This document shows, in pieces, positions 52,734 to 64,000 of a DNA stretch of 64,000 nt (the first letter of the stretch is position 1; every line of letters begins with the position of its first letter). The DNA comes from Chiloscyllium plagiosum. Its lineage: Eukaryota. The translations under genes were made by a program, and so were the position numbers. The stretch lies in the NCBI RefSeq assembly GCF_004010195.1, contig NC_057727.1, forward strand, positions 37,134,784 through 37,198,783, read 5' to 3'. The notes under the pieces were generated by a model that ran no database searches, was not told where the DNA came from, and saw only the letters and a list, made by a program, of their open reading frames with translations.

Positions 52734-53979
52734 CTGAAAAAAAAAGAATCACATGGGCAAAATGGGGCACTTACTTTTAAAACAACACACTGGCCTAAAC
52801 ATGTCAAATCTTCATCTATAAGAAAATGTACACAGCTTTTTCCTCCTCTTGATCACCTTCAAACACAGTGAGGAATTTTCAGACCAGTTATGGTACTTGC
52901 TAAAAACCTAGCCTTGTGCATAACTGACAGCAAGCAAGAAGCAGGCTTGGATCATTCTAATGGCAACATTTATGCATCTCTAGCAGAATTACAGGAAACT
53001 ACTGGCAAAGACCTAAGACCTAATGATGCCATGTGCTTTCTTTGAGTAAGCTTGAAGAAGCTAACCCTACAGTTACAATGTGTGATGTTGACATCAAATA
53101 GTTAGTCTGCTTGCTTCTCTCTGCTCTCTTTAATAATAACACACATCGTTTCCTGCAAAATAATGTTAGCATTTCTGATAAACATGTCTTAAGTGTTTGC
53201 ATACTATTATCCATATATGGCCTAGAAAACAATAGTCAAATAAATACTAAATCAGCAGAAATGATTAAAAATAAGTTTTAAAATACAGTTCCTCATTTAT
53301 TTAAATTATTCTGTGTTTCTATATAAACTATCCTAATAATTTGGTCTCAATAATAATTTCAAATAAATTACAATTGATATATGTTTAAGTAATTCACAAA
53401 TCAACATTTAATCGAGAAGACAATGCACAGTATGACATGTGCAGAGTTACCTATTAATTTCCAGAAAGGTCTTTCAATGTGAGAATTGCTTCCTCCAGGA
53501 TATAACATGTTTCTGATAGGCAACTAGCACTGACAACAATGGTTCAATTTCCCAAATACGTATTTTACAACTAAGTACCTAATCTATAATTTAACAGTTG
53601 AACAATGGCACAATTATACCTCTGCTTTGAAATTAAGCCATATTTAATATAACTTGAATTATGCACAGATGATTTTTTAATTATGAGTATTAATTAGCTT
53701 CAATTAGTTTGGAATAATGAAAGGTTTGATGAGCAAATCTGATTATAGATCATCATTCAATGAGGGTTTTCTATCAATTATTGCAAGGAAATTATTATCC
53801 TTAAACTCATGGTGCTCTAGTTCCCTGGCATTTCTCAGTCCCCCACTGGAAATGTGATGGGGGACTGGCAGACATACCAAACAAATAGTGAAAACAACCA
53901 TTTGATGTCATTGCTGTGAGATTAAAACAACCCCAACAGAATTTCAAGGATTTTTTTTTTACAGTTTGCTTCATAACTG

Positions 53980-54535
53980 TGCCTTTGTAAATAGGGGCAT
54001 AGAATACAAAACAAGTAAGTTATGATTAACATTGACAAATTACTGGTTAGACCTCAGCTGGAGCACTGTGCACAAATCTGGGCATCACATTTTAGGAAGG
54101 ATACCAAGACCTTGGCGAGGGTGCAGAGGAAGATTACCAGGATAAGATCAGACAGGCTCTTCATTTAGATGGAGGGAATAACAGAAGCTGGTATTGTTCT
54201 CCTTACAGGATAAAGGATTTAGGGGAACTTAGTGGATGCATTCAAAAATTTTGAGTGCTTTGAGAGTATAAGTGGTGGAAAACTGTTTTGGTCACTTGAT
54301 GGCATTAAATAATTTATGAAAGAATTAAAAGGAAATAAGGAGGCAGAGGGTTGTTAAGATCTGAAATGCACTAATTGAAAGGTCGATGAAAGCAAATGCC
54401 ATGGCAACTTTAGAAAGGTGATGGTCTTTTACAGTAATAGGGAAAAGTTGGATCGTGCAACTTAATTGGATAGCTCTTTCAAAGAGCCAGTACAGGTACA
54501 ACATGCTGACTGACCACTTTCTGTGCTGTATGGTT
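53980..54535 (+). mobile_element. Old CR1-clade LINE 3' fragment
   Basis: LVRPQLEHCAQIWASHFRKD...LARVQRKITR motif. Confidence 0.7.
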
Positions 54536-55159
54536 GTTGATTTAAAATCTGAATAAAATTAAAATAGTTCAGGGATTTTCATTTCATCCTTGACTTTGAC
54601 CCTTCAAATGCTTGCATTTGAATGTAAGTATCGAAATTGGACATTTGCAGAATTCTTGCTTCAAGTAAGTGCCTTCCATGTATGAACCCCAAAGTTAGCA
54701 AGGGGAGATCAGTGTAATCTTCCAATAAATAAATTACATAAATAATGTCTACAAAGAAACATAAGTTAAATTAATATCGATAGAACATTGCTGCAGAGGA
54801 GAACTGAAAATGCTTTTATATGAAACACATTTTTCTATTAATTCTGACAATTCACGAATATTAAATTGTTGCAGATGTTTCTCCAATTCAATGTCATATT
54901 ATTCCAGAATGAAATTAGAGAGACTGATCGATATAGATACTTCTAGCACAACTTTAATATTCAAAAGGATTAAAATAGCTATATTAGAGCATACTCTAAT
55001 GTTTAAAGTACTGTACAGAATAATATGCATCTGTATATGATGTATTATTAATTTGTTTTATAAGTTATAATTTGGGAATAATGTGTTACAATTGATTCTG
55101 AATTATACTGTCAACACCTAACCGAAAATAATTATTTTCATGGAAAAGTGTTAACTTAC

Positions 55160-55307
55160 TTCCTGGCCCACCTCCATGCTGCAAAGCTTTGTGGACTGTG
55201 TCTTGGCATCCACCATCACATTAAACATGGTGCATATTGACTGTGGGACACGGAAATCTGTTGACCTGCTTGTCTTCTGTAACTTGGCTTCAAATGCAAT
55301 CCTAGTC
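55160..55307 (-). CDS. CADPS: CADPS coding exon, 148 nt: [49 protein letters not shown]
   Basis: Translated by hand (absent from ORF track); acceptor tttgatAG, donor GTaagt; phase 2 to phase 0. Confidence 0.96.
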
Positions 55308-56169
55308 CTATCAAAGAAGAGATTGTTTTGAAATCTGAAGTAGTGTCAGGGGCCATCTGTTAGGAGCATGTTTATAAGCATACAAATAGTACTTTTTATT
55401 CAAAAATGTTAATTATTTGCATTATGTATTCATCAGAGCTTTATAGGAAAAGTCTTAATTGCAAATGACATTCAAACATATCTTCCTAATTTTTGCATAT
55501 TCCAGTCTAGAATATATTAATCATTATAGTCATTTACTTTTACCTGGAATGAAACTGGTTGAGCCACTCCTAAGATTCTAACCTCATCTTTCAGCCACTT
55601 CTCCAACTAGTGATGGAATCTTGATTGAGGAGTTGGGGACCCACCCTTCCCCAGCTGCACAGCCAGTGAAGGAACAGCAAAGGCTAGCAGAATCAGACTC
55701 CAATCAGGCAGTGTGGTAATTCCAGCAGCAACCAGTGAAGCTCTTGACCAATCCTTAATAAGCCTCCGGGTTTCAGTTAGTGTTGGGGTTGGAAGGGTGA
55801 ACATGAACTTTTCTGTCAGAACTTAATTCTATGGATATGGCAAAGTGGCAGGTATTGAGTATTCTACCACCACCCCATCTAATCACAGTCTCTTCCACGT
55901 CCAAGTTAATCACTTCTGCCCTATGTTATTAGGGAACATTCCTATGCAATATGCAAATCATATTTCATTTGTTAGTGAAAACATAACATGCAGTTGTTGA
56001 CTGACACGCTATGTCAAGCATGTTGCTGTAGTATAGCAAAGGCATCTTTCTTTCTAAATGTGCAATTGCTAACCATACTTAAATCTTATGATAATTCATT
56101 AAATAGGGATTATGGTCTCAGATGAATACTTGTTGGATTTGTTTTCCATTGCTTTGAAGAAAGGCTAAC

Positions 56170-56325
56170 CTCTTAACACATGACTCAATCATATCACTGG
56201 ACATGAGCTTTAGTCTTTGCTCCAGATGTTTTGCAAACTCCTCCTCTGGCCAATGCAGATCTCTAATGAAGGTCTGCAGAGCATCCAACTTCCAGAACAG
56301 ATCTTCTGATGTTCCTGAGCCATTG
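56170..56325 (-). CDS. CADPS: CADPS coding exon, 156 nt: [51 protein letters not shown](R), MHD/MUN region
   Basis: Near identity to CAPS1; acceptor ttttcAG, donor GTtagc; frame continuous with both neighbours. Confidence 0.97.
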
Positions 56326-58829
56326 CTGAAAAAAAAGGAAAAATATTCATCACAAACAGTGTCAGGCCACTGACACCAATTATGGAGACTGTAACTCAAT
56401 GCCTGGGGTGCACAGCAGTCTTAAGCAAAGGAAGAATGTTGGGCAAAAGGTCTCCACAGTCAGAGATTGGATTTTTTTTTATCATACACCTTATCTGGCT
56501 TGTAGTCTCATGCTATGTAAACACTTAAGAATTCATCCAACTGCAAAGAAAAAGTTTTAGAAATTGTGGAGAACAAGTCAATTAATTAAAAGTGTATGGT
56601 AAAAAGTAACCTGGGATTATAACCACGTGTGGTTATTTTGTGTTGTGATTTCATGCATACTTGACATATCTTTCAAAAACAAAAACAACTAGCTGCTGGG
56701 GATCAGGTGGCTTAGTGGTAACTAGTGGTGGGCGAGGGTTTGCTATTCCCTTGACCTGTAACAATTTAGGCCCCTCAGCCAATAGCTGTCATATTTTGGG
56801 CCATTCTATGTATATAGTTTTGAAATACTCGAATATGCATCTCCTTAGAAAATCCTGAACAGCATCGGAATATGGAGGCTAATAATGACCAATACCGTTT
56901 GGTGATATGTACCCAAGTAATTCAGATTTCTAGCAGCTTGGCTTCACTGTGAGATTTGAAACACATTTTCTTGTCTCATAAAATGCATCCTCGCAAACCA
57001 CTAATGCCAACACTGTACTTTTTTTTTTAGATGTTGTACACACCATGCATTACCATTAATGCTGGCATCATCTTCAGAAACAACATATGGCAGCGTACGT
57101 TTCCAATGTGATGGATGCCAGCTGCACTGAAGTAATGAATGCTTCAGAGCGAGGAGAAAGCTACTGTGGGATGAGACCATATCCCAGCATGCCAAGGTAA
57201 CCCTCACCTTGTGGGAACTCTGTGGTGACAGGAACATATTCCTAAGAGGTTTTTGTTTTGGGGATTTTTATCAGCAGTATACTGAAATTACGTTCGAGTC
57301 ATTTATCTACCGTGTGAAAGGCTTTGGAAATATTTCATTGGAAAGATTGGAAATAGTCCAGTTCCATTGGAAAGATATAGCATCAAACATTTTGTAATCT
57401 ACTTAATTTTGACATAACATATCCATGTCACAACAAAGCACTTTCTGTGAGCATACTGATGTTTAAAGTCAATACTTCTGGAGAACCAAGAATACAACCA
57501 CACAATCCAGGATTATAAACTCCATGTGCTATTAGTCTAATTTCTCTCAAGCACTATAAAAAGTACACTCCATCCTTAACAAAATAAATCTCAAGAGCCC
57601 AGTTCTGTGCATGTTATAATGATTTCTATAAAGGTCTCATAATATAATATATATTGCAAGTAAATTGAGAGACATCATTCAGTATTCTAAAATCTGAGGT
57701 AGTGCTAAAACAGAGAGCCTTGTAATGAGAATGGGGTGAACTATAATTAGGTATCATTGTGGTTGTGAACTTAGCTTTCCTGTAATGATTGATCCATATC
57801 TTTCCAAACTATCACACAGCATGCAAACAGAGGAAAATGGAAACGTAGTTATGTTTTCCATTTTCGCGCATTTCCTAAACTAGTCTTCCACATAGTCAAC
57901 CCGGCATGAAAATGCTTTTTATTGTTTTTGGAATGATTCCACTTTGCAGTGCCGTATCCTGTGCTTTGAGCAATTTAAACACATTTAAACTGTTAAATGT
58001 GCATTCATGTTAACAACTTTACACATCACTTTGTTAAAATGTTTCCTTTTAAATAATTCAAATCAGGGGCATTTACAAAAATGCAAAAATTATAAGGCAT
58101 CAACCATTGTTGCAAATGAAAACTAAACCTTTTGTTCTGTTTCTTGTATAAATAATTCCTATTTATACAGTAGTGCTATTAGCAGCCAAACACTAGTGTA
58201 GTTAAACCACTGGATATCATTTCTCACTCACTGAGATTTAGGAGTGCTGAATTCTGCCTTAGCATAACCAATATTAAAGCTTCTCCAGGTACTTTTGATA
58301 ATCTGTCAGACACTGAGTAGTGTAATGAGATGTTTACATGCTTGGTATGGCAAAGATGTGGCTTGCAACCACAGAGGAGCTGTGCTAGAACTGCATAGTT
58401 TTATAAATTCATCAGTGTTGTGTGAGACCTGCTGAGTTGTATATTGGCTATATATGAAAATGAAAAACACTGCTGAGAGAATTTTCTACTCTCAATACAG
58501 GCAAACATCTTTGAGTTAGATTTTTATTAGGTACAGGTTTCCAAGTTATATTTTTGCAAAATTTGGGGAAGAATGTTTGTTCCAAATTGCAAATATTGAA
58601 AATATTTATAAATGAGGAAAACGTAATATTAACTTTCTAAGTATGGAAATGGATTATTGATTATTTTTATTGTGAAAAATAATAAGGACATCATCACTGA
58701 AGGGTTGAATCATTTCTGCTTTAATTTGTTCTTGCCTACTTACTTAATTGCAAACAACGAAATAAAGGACAGATTCATGCCAGGTTACTATAAGCGAAAA
58801 ATCAGACCTAACGTGTATTGAATACACAC

Positions 58830-58964
58830 TCAGCATCATATATATTGGCGATCCATGACGAAGCAGAAAAACTAGGCATTTGTGGGAGGTTAACTGGTAG
58901 ATTTGGTACTTTGGGGAGATTCACATTTGGTAGATTCACATTGGGAAGATTACTTGTTAAACTC
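58830..58964 (-). CDS. CADPS: CADPS coding exon, 135 nt, phase 2-2: (K)[44 protein letters not shown](D)
   Basis: Translation matches the CAPS1 Pro/Asn-rich insert as I recall it; acceptor cacAG at 58966-58965, donor GTgtgt at 58829-58828; joins the next exon as GA|C AAT. Confidence 0.93.
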
Positions 58965-60264
58965 CTGTGGAAGAAACAGACAGAAAGAAAATACCATAAC
59001 AGTGACAATGTAGATGCAGATGTGGAAGCATGTATGACACCCCTAAATAAATCTGCAAAACTACTAAAAACTTCACAGCAATTACAACTCATTACCAACA
59101 AAAACTCATGTTACTTAAGCATGTGAAATGTAGGTTTGCTGTGGATTTTCTGACTCTTGCAGTAGCAAGAAGCAAGCAAAGTTAGAGGAAATACGGGTAC
59201 CACACATCAAGAGGCTTAGAAGCAAATAGGAAGATTATTGACAGAAACAAAAATCATAGCTTGAGGCATGAACAATGTTATTACATCTAAATAATCACTA
59301 AATGAAAATAATCTTTGTTTGTTCTCATGTTCCATGAATGTGGTGTATTTCTTAATTTGTAAACATAGTTCTGCCTTTACAAGTATCCCCTCACCAGAAT
59401 AATGAAACTTTATGTTATTTCAATTTACTGGAAAAGCAAAAATCATTTTTTACTCCCAAGAATAGTCAAATTTCAAAACCATTATGCTAATCTATAGAAG
59501 TGTAGAAAAAAAATCACAACCATTGTGTTACAAATATGTTTAGGAAATGTCTCATTCTAGAACTATCAAGTAAATTAATATATTTTGTTAGAGACACAAT
59601 AATCACAAAAATAGGATAATGAGGATCTTTTGTGTACTAATTTGTCATCAGATTTAATTGGTTTATATGCATACAATGTATGGTTCATGGAAATACAAGT
59701 TAAAGACAACACTTTGGAATTAATATAATTTGTGTTTTTAAAATTTTGAATTGATACAATATATGAAATAACTAAAAATCAAAATCATTCCTATGTCAGT
59801 GCAGCCAAAAATAAATCACTAATGGAGTGAAATACAAATATTCAGAATTCCTAACCATGCTAGGAACAACCCTTATTTTTATGTTCTGGGCATATAAAAC
59901 CACAAATGGTACATTTCATAAGAGAAACAGACACTGCATTGGGACCAGAAGATCTAACTAACCTTCACACCTGACTACACGTCAATAAAATGACTACTTC
60001 ACTACAGATAACTTCGAAGTAACCTGTTCAGAAATGTTATCACACACTCCTGGTGCGGGTTGGTCTTGAAACCGAATCTCCTTGCTTATGAAAATCTGAA
60101 CTAGAGAAACTCAGTCTGAGTGCGGGTTTATTCATATTATTTTAATAGTAATACCACCATGATGTTAGAAAGTGCATCCTCTAACAATGTAGTTACCCGT
60201 TGACGTTTACATGTCTCCGTGCAATGGCTATTCTCAGTTTGATAATAGATTCACTTCATTTGAG

Positions 60265-60952
60265 TTACTGATCCCTGGAACAGTGCAAGCAGCAAGCCTT
60301 GGAACAGCATGTGGGCTGCGCACCCCAGAACACCAAGAGGACCAAGTACTGGAGCAACGCTTGGGCTAAAAGTCTTGGATCAGCGCCAGGAAGCAGTCCT
60401 GGAGCAGCGCATGGGCTGCGAACCCTGGAACAGCTGAGTAGCGAGCCCTGGAGTAGCGCCTGGGCTGCTACCACCAGAAAGGTGTGGGCAGTGAGCCATG
60501 GAGCAAAGTGGGGAAGCAACCCCGGAGCAGCGCACAGGGCGGAGGCCGACGAGGGGTAAGCGATCGTGGAACTTATCTTGAAGCAGCTGAGTGCCGGTGC
60601 AAGTGGAATGGAGGCTTACAGCAGAGCGGGGCTAAGTGTTGGATTGCAGTCTGGTGCGGGTAGTTAGATCACATGCAGAGGCCCTGAGCTGAGATGCTAT
60701 AATGTAATGTTTATTTGAAATGTCCTATCTTACTTAATGTCAACCTTTTAATGATGTCCTATTTTAAATTATTTTTAAACTCTAAAGTAATGCAACTAGT
60801 TTTATTCTTCGGTTGTATCCAACATTTGTACCTAGGTAGTTGTGGCTAAGATGTCACTATAAGAGGCAGACATTGTAAAAGCTTTTCACTTTACTCCTAC
60901 AAAGATGTACACAGGACAACAAAGGGTATTCTATTCTATTCTATTCTATTCT
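60265..60952 (+). mobile_element. Probable non-autonomous retroelement with GC-rich degenerate repeats and an L2-like tail
   Basis: Repeated cctggaRcagc units at 60270-60540; cttttcact...tacac...gacaacaaag then (TATTC)n at 60927-60951. Confidence 0.45.
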
Positions 60953-61639
60953 GAGTATCTGAATTTAAAAGATCCAAGGTTTAGCGCTGTATACACACAC
61001 ACTGATGCCTTAGACTCATACCAAGTACCAAAATAAAGATTTAATCGGCAATAGTAAAGATCAACCTGATCAACCGAGGAGGTTCTAGTTCTCTTACATT
61101 ATCAGTTCTTAACCTGCAAATTGGCATTTATTCAAAAAACTGAAAACAAAAATCAGCATCTTTCTTCAGATAAATAATATCTAAACAGCACTCAGGCTAC
61201 AGTAGCCTCAATTTTGTAGTGGGACAGTCTGCCTATGAATTATACCATCAAAGGCTGTCAAGGTATGTATTGACTGCAAACTCTGACATTCATTTGCATT
61301 ATATTTAGATCACTGTGCCCTCTTCAGGCACAACTGGGGACAGTCATCAGAGGAAACCTGGGTTCCATTTAGAGGCAAAATGGGGAATGAATCAACTTTT
61401 TCTCTGAATTACTACAATTTCAGGCAGTACTGGCGGAAGGGCAGATGAAAACAGGTTCTATCTACTGATTAATACTGATAACTACTATAAAATGTGATAT
61501 AGTTTTCGCATAAGTTCAGCAATATTGTAAAGTCAAATCACAATGCACAGCTGGAATCTCTAATACTTAGCAAAGTATTGAGAATATATACTCCAAAAGC
61601 AAATTACAGAGATACTTATTTGTATAGATGTCAGGAATA

Positions 61640-62225
61640 CATGGAGAACAAGCCATTTGGAAGTTCTAGCCAGAACTGGTTCGAAGATAGAAGGCAGGGG
61701 GAGGTGATGCAGAGTTGCTTTTCTGACTGGAGGCCTACGACCAGCAGTGTGCCATAAGGATCGGTGCTGGGTGCACTGCTTTTCGTCATTTATATAAATC
61801 ATTTGGATGTGAACATAGGGTGTATAGTTAGCAAGTTTGCAGATAAGACTAAACTTGGAGGTGTAGTGATCAGTGAAGAAAGTTACCTCGGAATACCACA
61901 GGATTTTGATCATTTGGGTCATTGGGACGAGGAGTGGTAGATGAAGTTTAAATTAGAAAAATGCGAGTTATATCAGCACAAAATTAGTAGAGCCGGGGAG
62001 GGAAAACCAGTAGGAGTGATTTATTTTCAGAAAGCTTTTGATAAAAGTCCCATTTCAGAGGTTATTGTGCAAAATCAAAGCATATGGCATTGATGGCAAC
62101 ATATTGGCATGGATTGAGAATACAGGATTGAGGTACAGGGTGTATACAGGATCAGAGATTAGGAATACATTTGTCATTTTTGGAGTGGAAGGCAATGACA
62201 AGTCAGGTACTGCAGAGTCTAGACT
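61640..62225 (+). mobile_element. CR1 RT fragments
   Basis: VPxGSVLGALLFVIYIN, FADKTK and AFDK(V)PFQRLL motifs. Confidence 0.75.
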
Positions 62226-64000
62226 TTTGTGCTCAAGTCAAAAAGTGAGATTTGAGCCCGTAACCTCTGGCTCAAGGAACATGAATACTGCCAACTAAGC
62301 GATAGCTGACCCCTACAGAAGATCTACCAAGACGACGAAGAAGCCCAGATTGATCATTTTTAAAGGCTTCCTTTATGGCATTAAAATCAGCTGGAGTGCT
62401 CCTGAGTGTTTTACAAGAGAAGCTGTGGCTTTCCCTGCCCTGGATTTCCCTAAACCCCCATCTCTCAAAAGACTCTCACCAAATGCTCTGATCCATTCCT
62501 ACTCTCAGGCCAATCATTCGGCAGGGGCTGCAGGATTTTCCCAGAGGCAGTGGTCAATAGAATGATAATGAAGCTTGTGATTAAAATCCTGACCTCGCTC
62601 CGTCGCAGGCAGGCAGTAAATTAAATCACTAGTGTGCTTTCCATTTGCAGACCAGCTGCGAGTTAAAATCCACTTCCTGCTTTTGGCAATTCCCATTTGA
62701 AATGACATATTTTGATCCTGATCTGCCGCAGAGCAGCAACCGCTTTTGGATCATCACTCAAACTTTTCTATATCCAAGTCAAGAGGGGCAATTGGAGAGA
62801 GGTGGGAGTGGGTATTGTCATTGGCGTGTTACTTCAGGAGGTAGACTAAGTTTTCATCAGTCTAATATTTTCTGGGTAACTATTCAGGCAAATATTCCAG
62901 AAACAATACAGAATCTCAGTTACAAAAGGTACCAGGGAGCAAATGCCCTATGCAAGTAGAAACGTCTTAGGCAATTATCACAGAGTTCAGTCATTGGACC
63001 TTCATAGGGTTCCAATAAAATCTTGAGTTCTGTGTCCTATCTCTGTCATTCTGGAGATTAGAAATTTTGGGCCATAATTTTCAGATTTAAGGTAGATTGT
63101 TTTGCAAGCTTGTAAAAAGTTTTATTAAGTCCTCAGTTTACAGAATGTACAAATCTTTGCATCACCACTGTATAATCAGTAAAATGTCTTAAAAGGGATA
63201 TAACTATAATTGAGCTTCACTGTGGAATGTTGAACCAAAAGAAGTCTACTTGACTGAACTGCTGTTAATATTTTTATTCAGTATTTTTCTTTTATTTTCC
63301 TCAAATTATTGGGTCATGTGCCCTTTGACTTACAATTCACATAATTACTGTTCATGTGAGAGTCTGACCAATGAGTGCTGGCAGGTTAGTTGTCTATTAA
63401 GGAACCTTAGCTAATTCCCTTTTTATACTTAGTTTTCACTGAGTTAGACTTGAAGTGGAGTCACTTGAAAGTGATTATGAATAGGATCTCTTGTGATTTT
63501 CTCCCCTGTCTGCAGACAAGAAGTGCACACACCCAATAAAAAATTCTCAAACTTCAGCAGACAAAGCATTGTAAACTTTAATTGTTAGAATGGATTCTCC
63601 ATCTCTAGTTGTCTAGAAAGCATAAGCCTAGAGTCATATGAAAGCCACAGTGACTAACAGAGGGAAATTCACATTTCTGATAAATATTAGTGCATCAGTT
63701 CAATGTTTACAACAAAATATTTAATTTGCAAATCATAGAGTCAGAGAAACTTAAGGAAACTGAAGGCCATCACACATTATGGCTGTGGTGGCTTATGGAA
63801 AGAGCAGCAATATTTACTCCCACACTAGCTTTTTACCCATTACCTGGCAAACCCCTCATCCTTAAGTAAGTATCCAACTCACTTTTAACAACTTTTATGT
63901 AATTGGCTTTCACCACTTGTTCAGGGAGAGCATTTAGCTCCCACTAACTCTCCAATAGTGAAAAAATCTTATCTGCCCTCTAGATCTTTTGCCAATGATT

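Noticed and set aside
27723..58964. Assignment to CADPS2
   Set aside because: A few residues are CAPS2-like (DLAD), but [32 protein letters not shown] and [16 protein letters not shown] fit CAPS1; a phylogeny would confirm

Overview
Vertebrate genomic DNA, most likely a cartilaginous fish (inferred from the V-SINE/HE1-type SINEs and CR1 LINE tails). The window lies inside the 3' part of CADPS (CAPS1, Ca2+-dependent secretion activator) on the minus strand. Seven consecutive coding exons (58964-58830, 56325-56170, 55307-55160, 52733-52659, 51719-51636, 49206-49174, 27830-27723) have canonical AG/GT sites and splice in frame. The upstream exons and the final exons (QWY... onward) were not found and presumably lie outside the window. 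The introns hold CR1 LINEs (one near full length with an esterase-type ORF1), tRNA-derived SINEs, Tigger-like MITEs, a decayed Harbinger transposase, a Gypsy integrase relic and two assembly gaps. Two things stand out. (1) Several families of Penelope-like element ends carry minimal type I hammerhead ribozyme motifs, some with intact cores, often as fold-back insertions with 11-15 bp target-site duplications. (2) Exon-intron complementarity surrounds the NEEMY codons of the 108-nt exon, the region A-to-I recoded (E to G) in mammalian CAPS1. Both extend known biology to this locus. I found no convincing wholly new system, and most short ORFs in the track are repeat remnants or noise.
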